In this document: piece after piece, positions 37,556-49,498 of the stretch
Layout: each line of letters begins with the position of its first letter
How positions within the stretch are numbered: position 1 is the stretch's first letter
Origin: Trichosphaerium sp. ATCC 40318
Taxonomy: Eukaryota; Protista; Tubulinea
Direction of reading: 5' to 3'
NCBI GenBank assembly: GCA_038496445.1
Contig: JALMLS010000440.1
Coordinates: 1 to 64,000 of the forward strand
Length of the DNA: 64,000 nucleotides
The notes under the pieces: generated by a model
What the model was told of the DNA's origin: nothing
The model's database searches: none
The model's input: the letters and a program-made list of their open reading frames with translations, nothing else
Translations under genes and position numbers: made by a program

Positions 37556-40475
37556 TTACAATTGAAGAAGTGATAGATTACTCAAAGTATCTACAGCTGT
37601 TTTTCGAAGTTCTTCCAATGAATTTACGAGAATTAACTCTCCACATCTATAACGTAATACAACGAACCTATATGAGAAACAAATAAGTAAGCCTGCGTGT
37701 CACAACAGAAAAACGCAAAACACAAAGAAAACCAAGAAAAAAAAAGTTTGGTAACGTACAATGCAAGAGCTCCAAGCATTACAGGGTCATCAGTTGTCTT
37801 TGTTTCATCACGTAATGGTGATAACTCTTTAAGGTTAAAAAAAAGTAAGATAACATTTAGCAAAGTAATAGAAGGTACCTTCTTCATGATCAATCAATAA
37901 TTTTTTTAACAACTCTTCTGATCCTTCAAACTGTAAAAAAAAATGCATCAGCAACGATAAGTTTAACAACTCTTCATTTAGATTGTTACTCCCCATTCAT
38001 ACCTTTTGAGGTAACTGTAATCCTTCGGATGATTTATAATTTGGTAACACGTGAAGTACGTCCATATCAGATAAGACAGAGCAAGCAACAAAGCTAGGTA
38101 TGCAGTTTGGATCATCCTAAAAATACAATTAAACAAACCCTAAATTAAGCACGTGATCCAAAAACCGCATTAAAACTTGGCTTAGTAATTACTCTGTTTT
38201 TATATTAATATAAAAGCTGAAGCAAACTCAACCTAGCTACCCAGGGAAACAGATCGAAAATCAAAACATTTTTCTGTAAAAGTGAACGTACATTTATCTT
38301 TGCAATACAATTACCACAAACACGTTGAATTCTATCGATAATAGAAGTCAAGTATCTCTAAGTATACATTAAAATATTTAGTTGTAGTATGTTTTATAAT
38401 AGCATAAACACTCACTGTTGTGCCATGGTATTGAAGTAAATGAAATCCAGCAAAGAAAATGTAAATATTGACTAACTCCTTCTCTGTTCGTGCACTAAAA
38501 CGAATAAGAACTAACTTCCAGAGATGAAGAGAAATATGGAAATAATAAGTACGTACAATGAAGGATCATTGGGATTTCCTACTATCAGTTGAGTGCTAAT
38601 AGCTGTTGCTATAAAATTCGAGAATGATTCTTTTACAAGACCCAGTCCAGCCTATTAATAGATTATTTCCTTTTTGTTTGCTCATGTGACAGAAATAAGC
38701 TTAAAAATGGTAATGAACCAGTTTATAAACTCTATACTCTAGTGTACTAAGAGCACCTCTAAAAAAGAGAATTTGCCCAAAAAAAAAAATCCAATTTGAG
38801 TTGTTCCCTTGCCCAACGCTTACTTCAATAAAACTCGTGATCTGCTCAAGTGTGGAACCGTCAAAGTTTTGCACTCTAGCACCTATACAATCTGAGATGA
38901 AAGAAGCTAAAAGTCTCAATCCGTGTATCTTATACGACTTGGAGTCATCAATAGCGTTTCTGGATTCTAGCAAAAACAGAACATTTAGCAAAGTGCCATT
39001 TGGTTAAAACCTTGAATGCAGTCAACATACTGAAGGTCTCCTCAAGTTTAACAATACTTTGATAAAGGATCAAATTCTCATTAGGTTCCTGATCTTTGAG
39101 AAGAAGTTAAGAAAAAAATAAGAAAATAAAAAAGTTGTTTACAGAATAGCCCACAGAGTAGTTCAGATGACTGTATCTCTCGTTTTGTATATGGTATTAG
39201 CTTTGAAGCCTTGTTTATAGAGTCTATAGTACTACTATACGCCATTGGAAGTTTACCATTTGCTTCTGTTTTAATGTATTCCAAAAGATCAAACTTGAAA
39301 GGTTTTTTACCAAAGTTGACATAAAACTTTTCTCCGTGACCACCACAAGCTTAGAGAAGGTGAGTATTCGATATTAAATAACTTGTAATAATAACGCACT
39401 AAAGGTAGGAAAAAAACGTGTCAACCAACGCTCTGGAATAGCCCAAGAACTAACCAAGTTTCCATTTAATGTAAAAAACACGTGACTGTTGGCATAATCC
39501 ACACCAACACTAACATACAATTAGAACTACCTCCTGATAGAGAATGTTGTACCCAGGTACGTCACCAAAAGTCCAAGGTTCTGTGGAAGTAATACCCAAG
39601 CCATTCTCCAAATGAACAAATCCGGTATCAGCATGAAAACCGAACGTCTACAGATACTATTAAAACAAAATTAATAGAAAAAGTAAAAATATGAATTTAC
39701 TAGTTTACGTACGCCTGGAGCCCATCCTGGATATGATGCTCTCATTCCTAAAGGTGATACACCTATGCCTAGTAGTCTTTCAGGCGATAACGTGCTGGTG
39801 AAAGGATATCAGATTTGGAACTAACATACGAAATTTTTTGAGCTTACTCTGCGTATAATGTCGATTTTAACACTGTTAACTCAAAATAAGCGACGTTTCC
39901 ATTGCCCATGGTAAAGGATAGAGCGGGTTATTGCCTATGAGGTAGTCAGAGAGTAGTTAAATAGCTATTGGGGTTTTTTAGGTTTCTGTTTAGTAATTCT
40001 TACCGTACAGCGTGGTGATGTATTGCTCAGCTTCTTCTCCTACTCTATAAGCGGTATGGCCACCTTCGCCAACGTAATGAATGTAATTTTGTTCTTCGCC
40101 GATTACGCCTTCTCCTTCACTATCGTGTTGTACAGTAACATCATAATCGGTTATTTCGATCGTTGTTTGGAGTATTTTATGATAAAACGTCTCATAAATA
40201 CTAATAAACTCGTTTTTAACATCTAACACGCCTTGGGAGTTCGATAGAAGCGATTCATTCGAGAAACATGCATATTTCGCTAATTTCTGCCACAACCGAT
40301 CAGAATGTAACAACGTTGCCAATCGCTTATTCCCACTCAAGAATTGAACCAAATCGCTTGTTCCAATATACCTTTAAAGCGTTACTATGATTTTAATTCG
40401 TAAATAACACGCTAATTAGAACCTTGTTAATTCAGATACAATTATATCATAAGGAAGGTCGCTAATGTTGGCCAT
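37556..40475 (-). CDS. F-box + SPRY domain protein
   Basis: N-terminal ISDLPYDIIVSEL...DRLWQKL. SPRY motifs AYFELTV, PGW..TFGFHADTG, GVDYANSHVFFTLNG, FYVNFGKKPFKFDL. Confidence 0.8.
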
Positions 40476-40611
40476 AAACAAATTAAATGAACAAAAAGCT
40501 AAAAAAGTAGATAGTTCACGTGACAATTGTGCTGTGGCGCAACAGAAGTCAAAGCATGTGCATAAACAAGGGGTTATAAAAGTGGATATAATCGTGTAGG
40601 CGTACATAGCA

Positions 40612-40930
40612 TTGACTTATGTTATTGCAATAACAGACGACGAGGCATTAAGATTAATCTATCATTTCATACTATCAACTCGGTGCGAGTACATAACTTT
40701 TGAGGGTATCAAATCATTGGCTGGTGCACATGATGCATCAGATTTAAATGTGACAGATGACGGTTTAAAGTCATTTTCTGGCGTCATGAGATCGATTTGT
40801 CACAATATATATGCGACAGATGAAGGTTTTAAGTCATTGGCAGGAGCACATACTTCTTCTTGGCTTGCGTGGACTGATGCCATATGATGGTATAAAGGCA
40901 TTTGTAGGTGCTCCTATTATCCATGTGGGA
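40612..40930 (+). pseudogene. Decayed remnant of the intronless LRR family
   Basis: Degenerate repeats ITFEGIKSLAGAH, VTDDGLKSFSGV, ATDEGFKSLAGAH, then a stop. Confidence 0.7.
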
Positions 40931-40978
40931 GCTTGTGATTTATTGACATACTACTAATACGCCGAATAACAACTTTTT

Positions 40979-43900
40979 TTAAATAACAAGACAAGCACTT
41001 GCTTTATGTCCTTCACGGAATCTTATGCCGGCTTTGATACTATTATTTCTTTCAAGAGTTTCACCACGTCTTATTGACGATACTATATTGTCCATTGGAA
41101 GTAAGTTCTCAACTGTAGCATTTGGTAATGACTTTGCAATGGCCAATGCTTTCTCTACATATTGGATTGCTATTTCGTTTTTTTGATGCCGATTATAAAA
41201 GTACGTCAGTGTCATGTATGTATCAATACATCCAGGATGATCTTCTCCAAATAATGAAGTAAATATAGACAATGCCTAGGGAAAAATGAGTAACGTGGGT
41301 TGTCAAAAAATACAAAAAAACCCTAAGAAGTGAGAATAAAATAAGAATGAAGTTTGGTTTCTTTTTCATGGATGTACTTGTAGGAAATATGATTCTGCGC
41401 TTGAAAAGTCATGACCGTCATAAGCTTCACCAATATCACGTAATATAATTGCCACATCTTCGTGCTCTTCACCGTAGTGACGCTATAAAACAAAATGATT
41501 TTTTGAATTTGATACTAATTTTTACCTTGTAGATATCAAGCACTTTTAGGTAATCTTGTAGACTCTTTCTTATTCCGTATAATGATTGCTTGTTTGCTGC
41601 TACAAGCGCTAAACATCTCGCTGTTTCTATATGATGGAAGCCAAGTAATTTAGTACAAATGTTATACGCCCTATGCGAATTTAGCAGAAGACAAACATAA
41701 AAGTTTCTTACTGTTGTGAGCAAGTGAAGGCTTTTTTGTGATTACTTTGAGCTTGATGAAGACAAGCCAAGTTCTCTACAGGTAAAATAAATAATACCAT
41801 GTTAATACAAACAAGAGAATTTGAAGCATCTCGCAAATGCAGCTTGACAAAGAAAAAAAAAACATACGGAGTATCCTTGCATAGTCAATATGGTCTGTCC
41901 CTAATATTGCTTTTCTTATCTGTTTAACTTTCTCATAACTACGACTGGCTTTAGTGTACATGCCCTTTCTTGCGTATAAAGAGCCCAAATCTACAGCAAA
42001 GAAGTAAGCATGTGAGCTCTTTTTTTTTCTATTGATAAAAAAGATTCACCATTTAGAGTTAAAGCAACCTCTGGGTGTTCATTTCCGAAAACAGATATTC
42101 TAATATCAAGCGCTTGCTGGTATAATTTTTCTGATTTGCTAAAATCCAACTGTGATTGATAGTATGACGCCAAACCTGGTAGGTAGCAAAATTAATCGTA
42201 AATTTTGTTGTCAAGTCAATTTACCGTTCAAGGCCGTCGCAGTATTAGGATGATTATGGCCGAATATCTTATTACTGATATCAATTGATGTTTTAAAATG
42301 AAGTTTTGCCTTGTTATGTTTACTCCAAAGCATATACAGGCCACCCATGTTACTATAAAACAACAACGTAAGAATGGAAAAAACCTTTCTCTTTTTTTTC
42401 TGTGTTCTGCCTTAAATTACGTACTAATGCGTTTTAGATACTTCAGGGTGTACTTTTCCAAGAATCGTTTTTTTAATATCCAAGGACTACAAATGTCAAT
42501 ATTAAAACAGTTATACAAAGGGAACCAAGATGATGTCTTGTTTGGATTTTTTGGTTTTTTTGGTTTATCTAGTACCTTCATGTAAAGTTTCTCAGCTTCT
42601 TCGTACTCACTAAGATCCATATGAATAGCACCTAATATATTTATAGCAGTAGCTACTTTCACATTCAATTCACCAAAAAGATCTTTAAACATCATAATGG
42701 CATTTTTCAACAGCGGCACTGTCGGAAACAAAAAAATAAGTATGAGCAACAAATCTATTTTTAGTTTACCTGACTTATCGTACTTTCCCTGTTGTCTATA
42801 TACTTGAGCCAACCCTTGAATAGACGCAGCTAAATCAGGAGACATTGTCTCATGCGTACGACGGATTGCTAAAGCAGACTCATAGAGTGGAACAGCATGC
42901 TAAAAAAAAGTAAGAAAAAAAGTTTTGTGAATTTTCAGACCTTGCAGCCTCCTGTTATACGATAAATATTAGCCAAATTCTCCATTGCCAAAGCGACTTC
43001 CAATTCATTGCTTTCTTTTCCCAAACGCTTCTTAACACATCTTACAATATTTCTACAGAAAACATAAATAGCCGTCCATCAAAAAAGTGTTTTTTGTCGA
43101 CATACTTGTATAGCAATAGTGCGTTATTGTAACATCCTACATCCTCAAGTAACTTTGCAGCTATAGTTAATTTACTTTCCACTTGCTTTGTTAGATTATG
43201 AAAAGACCTGGAAGAGTATTAGAGATATTTATGAGGAGGAATAGCCCACATTGCTTGTTGAAGAGAAGCGAAGAATTCCTGTTCCATATCAACCGTATTT
43301 CCATTCTCAACAAAATGCCAGTACTTATACAAAGCGAGCTTATCTTGAGAGTATAGATACTCAAAATTTTCAATTATAAAGTCACATAGCTTAGAGTGAT
43401 CTTCAAGACAGTAATATTGATAAGGTAACTAAAGTAAAAAAAAATAAGCAAACGAAAAAAAAAACACCAAAAAAGGCATCCTTAAAACAAGAAAACACGT
43501 GATTGGTTACAAAATGGCAATCAAGCATTATATTAAAGAGAGATTAAATATAGTTTAAGAATGACAAGTATAGTGTGAGTGAGTTGAGATAGCAAATAAA
43601 AATACCGCAAAGGAGGGGTTTTTTTTTGCTTCAAATTGATTGTGTAGTACCTCTTCCAGTTTTCTTTCGTCTTGTCCCTTTATTGCTTTATAATAAGCTG
43701 CTAATTTTAGCCTGTGGAATGAATATCTTTGTTGCCTTTTATTTCTATATTTCCCCATATAGCGTGCTTCAACTGCTTGTCTCATGTGATCATGAAAAAA
43801 AGTGAAATATCCAGACCTTAATCACGTGAGATTGTAAAGTGAACAAACAAAATTCGTTCTTGCTTTTTTCTTACCTTGAAACTAAAGACTCCTCCAGAGC

Positions 43901-46900
43901 TAAGAATAGAGGGCTCCATTGAGCTTGAGGTAAGTTTTCTACACTTAATAGTTCCGTTTCTGTTAAACCTCGCTTTGAAACCCACAAAAGAGATAAAATA
44001 TTACCAACTAAACCGACTTTGTCCTTTGGCTCAAACTCCGTTTCCTTTTAAAAATAATTAGAAATGTTCATAGCTCCGCTCTGTTCTCAAATTACTTACC
44101 AGCCTATTGAACACCATCTCAAATAATTGAGGAAGAGTAATTGCCATCAGATAATGCGTTAGCTTATTATCTAGTTCTTCGAATGATCCAAACACACGCA
44201 GTTCTTCAAGCAAAGTCCTCAAGTACAGCTATACAAAATCAAAAAACAAGCTCAAAAACATGGTGGCATACTGGGTTCTGACACTGCTTTGCATTTATGA
44301 CTCTATCAGTCTGAGTTTGTGTAAGTGTTTTGCCATATCCAGACATGTACTCTGTAACAAGTAAACGGCGTTCAGATGAAGAAAGAGGCTTGATTTCCAT
44401 TGTTTTCCATTTCCTCTTTGTTACTTCATCCATACACCTACGAACATTAAACCACAAAACAATACAATTACACGATAGCTTACGGTCCAGGTAAAGTACT
44501 ACAAACAAGTTTGATACCCTCCGGATAGGTTACAGGAAGCCAACCCAAGTCATGTGCGCCATCACTGGTTTCAAGCTAAACAAAAAAAAAAGTTAGAGAC
44601 TTCTTCTTTACTATCTTTAGGATACTTTGAGTACAAACATACTTGATTAAGAGCATCTAATACGATCACTAGACGTCCTTCTTTAGCGCTTACATCCCTT
44701 AAATATTCTGGAAAAGCTTCAATGACTTCAGTTAAGTTCGTCTTTGGTTCCTTTTCTAGCTAGACAGAAACGAATTTAGATCTCTTCGCATCCTTTACAA
44801 ACGCACGTCAAAGGCTTCTGATATTTCTTGTAATAACCTCGAAAGCATTGCACCTAGATCGGTACTACCTGCAGTACTACCAATATAATGCGCAATAACC
44901 TTGAACAAAGTTAGATAATCAAAATAAACAACTTATTGTTTTGTACTTTGGTGCCTTGATTGCGGCTGTATCTTGATGCAAAGTTACTCATGAACGCACT
45001 TTTACCCTATAAACGTTAATACAAGATAAATTTTGTGCGGAGGAGTAAGTACTTACAGATCCACTTTGACCAACAACTACAAGTGGTTCTGATTGTGTTT
45101 TTAAATGTGTTTCAATCGTTTCAAAATATATATCTCTCCCAACGTATACACGTGCTCTAGATTCTTGAAAAGCATTATGAGCCATACGTTCTTTCTGAAT
45201 AGGTGATGGCGCTTCTTCTTCTGGAAAGTCACGGTCCAAGATGTCCTTAAAGTTGCAGTCAATAAAAATCAAGCGCTACTTCAAAAAAGCTTACGGTTAG
45301 CTGTGTCACAACCATATCCTCTAATTCTGTTGCTTTGGTATAATCAGATACACTAAGACCACTTTGTTTAATCTCGTCTTTCAGAACTGTAAGCCTTGAG
45401 TCGCCATCTTTTCGACTGTTTCAGAAGGTGTTAAGGCATACAAGAAACATTTTAAGCTCCGTACTGATCGTTTCTGAAATAGAACAATGCGTTATCTGCA
45501 GTATGGCTTCTCTTTGTGTTTAATACAGCGTGTCTTATCTCAAGCTCAGTTATACTTCTATCTGTGAATGACGATAGCCATGGGAATTTCTTAGAAGCAT
45601 TTGAAAAAGTCTTATCAAGAAGTTTATCTTGCTTGTTAGGGCTCTATTTCTTTGTTACTACAGCACTCATTCTCTGAGTTTATTTACCTTTGACCAACCA
45701 TATCTATGTCCTAGCATACACAAGAAATATGGACGACACTTGTCAATCTCAGAAAGACATATATCAATAGTGCTTCCGCTCCTTCAAAGAAAAAGTAAGA
45801 TTCTTCAAGCAGTGAGTAAGTCGTACTGTGTCTGAGAAGCTGTGATTCCCCATCTCAAGTCCACGGCAGTTAAAAATAATCCTCTAGACTTACAAAAGCT
45901 TCTCAGCTTAACAAAAGCTCTTTTTATGAGTGCTTCACGCTCAGATTTCATATCAGCGAAAGTAGAGCTAATAAACACTCTAATATTCCTTGACTTAACA
46001 CTATTCTGCCTTTCTTCTTGTTAGAATTTAAGACTATTGATACACTCATATAACGTACTGAATTGTATGCGTTTGAGAAGGGGTAGAAAGCTCTGCAGCA
46101 CTGTGACAAAAAATTAGACGTATGTTTTTTGATGCAACTAGTTTTTTTGATGACGCACTCTTCGAGGTTGTGCTTTGTATCATTGGTCTTTAGTAATCTA
46201 TTTTTTCTATCTGTAAACTCCTCTATCATTATAAACCCTTCATCTAATAGAGTCTTCAAGTTATTTATCAACTTGTCAGTATCTTCAATCCTCGTTTCGT
46301 CAACTTCTGCGCCAACAACTTTAACAGGTCTCTTAAAACAACCATCAACATCAACGTATCCTTCACCACTGTTAGCACATGATGCAGATTCGAAAAGGGA
46401 GATAAGCACATACCAACGTCCCGCAGGGATCTTATAGGTTGTAGACCAGATGGATAAGCAGGTGGCTTATCATAAGCTATAGTAGATTGAGGCATTATAT
46501 CTCGCCAGTATGTATTTACTAAAAACGGCTTTAACTTCATAGTTCTGAACATAGGAAATATTTTGGTAGTAGGTACCTTCAGTATACTCTTCTTCAATAT
46601 GATGTTGCTCGTGTGTCATATCATCATCTTGCTAGTTTATGTCATAAAAAAATGCGAAGATGCACCAAAAAAAAGGCGTACTTGAGCTTTAGCTTGCACA
46701 GTTGCTACAGAAATCATATTACTCCATGATGATTTATTGCTTAAGATATTTCTAGAAGCTGATACTGGGAATACAGCGCGATTCTCATAATTCTCAAGGT
46801 GCAATCTATAGACTTTTTAAGAGAAAAAGACATAGGCAAAGCATTGTACATACTTTCGTCTTTGTTTCGGCTTTTTGCGTTTAGCCATGCTACGTGTTTG

Positions 46901-47989
46901 TACCCGTTGACGAGTATTAGGTTTTGGAGAGGACGATTGGACTTTCTTCTTTACTGTAGTATCTCCAGGTGCTGGTCTTGAGAACGCTGAAGTTTGGACG
47001 CTTGAATAAAATAAGCATAACTAGCTGGTAACAAAACTCTATTGCTTACCCATTTGAAATCTGTTCTACCATGGATTGTATTGCATATTCGACATTTGTT
47101 TCTTCCTTGCTACTCAACTCAATTATGGATATATTAAGTGAGTCACATAGAGCCTGTTAAAAAAAGAGTGAAAAAAAAATATGAATGAATGATTAATTCT
47201 TATTTTTTTCTTACTGACCTTAGCTTCACTAAAAGATACCTGACGTTGGTCAGATCTCTCTGATTTAGTACCAATCACCACGAAAATAGTTTTTATAGAA
47301 TTAGAATATTGTGAGACTTCTTTATACCACGTTTTAACGTGGTTAAAACTTTGTTTATCTGTTATATCATAACTGATAAAATCTATCTTTATCAGAACCA
47401 TATATTAAGTATAACTTACTTCCTGCTGCACCACGATAATAAGCAGTTGTTATCTAAGTAATTTAATAAACCTTACATCATTAGAACACGCACAGAACGA
47501 AATCTTTCCTAAAACAGAAAAACATAAGTCAAAAAAAAAATCTTGCACGTGTTTATTAGTTACCTGTCCAGCTGTATCCCACAGTTGTAGTTTAATCTTT
47601 CTACCATTAAAATCATACTCTCGCACCATCTACAGGCCGTTAAGGTGTCAAAAGTCAAGATAGTCATGACAGGTTTTGTGTTTCACCTAAACGTACAAAA
47701 TCGGCACCTATAGTAGCTTTAAACGCGCTTGTGAATGTTCCATGTACAGCTCGCTTTACAAACGAAGATTTACCAGTCTGACGCCCGTTTAGTACTACTG
47801 TGCTTTTGGCGCTATGAGACGTACGCCAGAATCGCCTGTTATAATCAGTTTGTATATGTCATCTCTAGATGGCCTTCTACGCTATTGTAAGTACGCCATA
47901 GCGTTCATCAATACTGCATACGGCTTTTGTACAGGTTTTACGCGCGTTGATCGGGAAGTACCCTTTGTACCAAACAAAGCGTCAAGCAT
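40979..47989 (-). CDS. Probable single gene: Rab-like GTPase + linker/SHOCT-like helix + DUF4062 + NACHT/STAND NTPase + TPR array + CaaX
   Basis: Rab motifs GDSGTGKS, TIGADF, KLQLWDTAGQERFRS. DUF4062 IRVFISSTFADMKSERE...VDLRWG...CLSEIDKCRPYF..LGHRYGW. Walker A GQSGSGKS, Walker B LVIVLDALNQL. TPRs of the FGNEHPEVA type. Ends CLVI*. The domains are secure; the Rab fusion is inferred from splice signals. Confidence 0.75.
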
Positions 47990-48710
47990 GGCTGCTTTCA
48001 GCTAAAAGGCAGGCCTGGGTTATACACAAACAAATTTTCAAGTAAAATTAGACGACGCCAACAAACCAGAGTCAACTTCTGGTTTTTAAGTTATGGAAAT
48101 TCCATAAAAAAACTTGTCACTCTTTTTTATGTTTCCAGCGAGCCGCGGCTCCCTCTTCTCTTCGTTCATATTTCACTCCTCGTGGCAAGTAAGCAGTACT
48201 GTATAATCAACAAACTGGTCTATGCTACCTGCAACACAAGAGTTGCAAACCAATATGGTGACTATTAAGTATGTGATTCCTTTGTTCAAGTGTACAACAA
48301 TAATCTCAATACTGTTCCGCAATAATAGTGTTTAATAGTTTGTTAACCAGCTCACTAGATAGAACAACAATTAAACTGATTCGATCTCCACGTGGGTGGA
48401 GGTGAGTTTCAATATAAAGCATACTGTGTGTACCATACTTAAGGTGTGGCCCTAGGGCTGAGGGCGTTCTTGACATTGGTCTAAGAAAGATATAGAACAA
48501 GTTCCGATACTACCACCAAGTGTACAAAAATGTAAGGTCTCAACACAGCGTTTGTCAAACTAACAACCAAATAATAAGGAAAAGGCAAGCCATGTGTCGT
48601 CTACAATATTCGAACTTGTGAGTGGATATTTAAATAGTTTTCATTGAACCAATAAAATAGAAATACACCAATCTAGTCATAAATTCCTAAACTCTACAAA
48701 GAAACTTCTT

Positions 48711-49498
48711 ATGGCAACTGAATGTATTATTTCCCTACTGGGCAAAGGAGCAGTCGGGAAAACAGCTACAACACAACAATTCATAAAAAACGATTTTCAG
48801 GCCGAATATGACCCAACCCTAGAAGATGTGTACGTGTAGAGCTTTTGTGTATAACACATTGTTCAAAAAGTCGTAAACAAGCGTCAAACCATTAATAAAC
48901 ATCCAGATATCGTAAAGAAATCAATGTAGACAATATAAATACTGTAATGGATGTTATAGACACAGCAGGAGTTGAAGATTGCGATGCGTCCCTATACCTT
49001 TTTATGAACATTAAACAGGGTAATGGGTTTATTATAATGTACAGCATTACAGATAGAACCTCGTTTGAGGACCTACCAATCTTTTTTGAGAGGATTAGCA
49101 GGTGCGAAAGAGGCTATGTTGAGTGTCTTTATACACCAATGCAAAGTTTCCATGCTGAAATGAAGAATGATGAACCAAAACGGTTTTTTCTGATTGTCAC
49201 GTGATTTTTTTTTGGTTGTGATGCAACTTTCTAATTGCTACACAGGGTCAAAGATCTGGAGCCAATTCCACCTTCATATCCTATTGTACTTGTTGGAAAT
49301 AAAGTAGACTTGGAAAACAAAAGACAAGTGACAACAAAAGAAGGAAAAGAAGTGGCTAAGAAGTACAATTGTGTATTTTTTGAATCATCTGCTAAAACAC
49401 GTGTCAATGTGGATCAAGCCTTTTTTCAGGTTGTTAGACAAATTCGTAAATATAACAGCTCAAGTGCAAAACAACAACGTGCATGTATTGTAATGTGA
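48711..49498 (+). CDS. Ras-family small GTPase (3 exons)
   Basis: GKGAVGKT, effector loop YDPTLED, DTAGV, NKVD, ESSAK, CaaX CIVM. Confidence 0.92.

Larger units (their letters stand above)
19727..37661 (-). repeat. Tandem array of eight lectin gene units (~1.9-3.0 kb period)
   Basis: Head-to-tail repetition of exons, introns and, for L7-L10, the spacers. Confidence 0.95.

Noticed and set aside
48380-48480. GC-richer patch with small hairpins (CTCCAC/GTGGAG, CCATAC/GTGTGG, GCCCTAGGGC) as an ncRNA
   Set aside because: Single copy, no recognisable motif and no covariation evidence.
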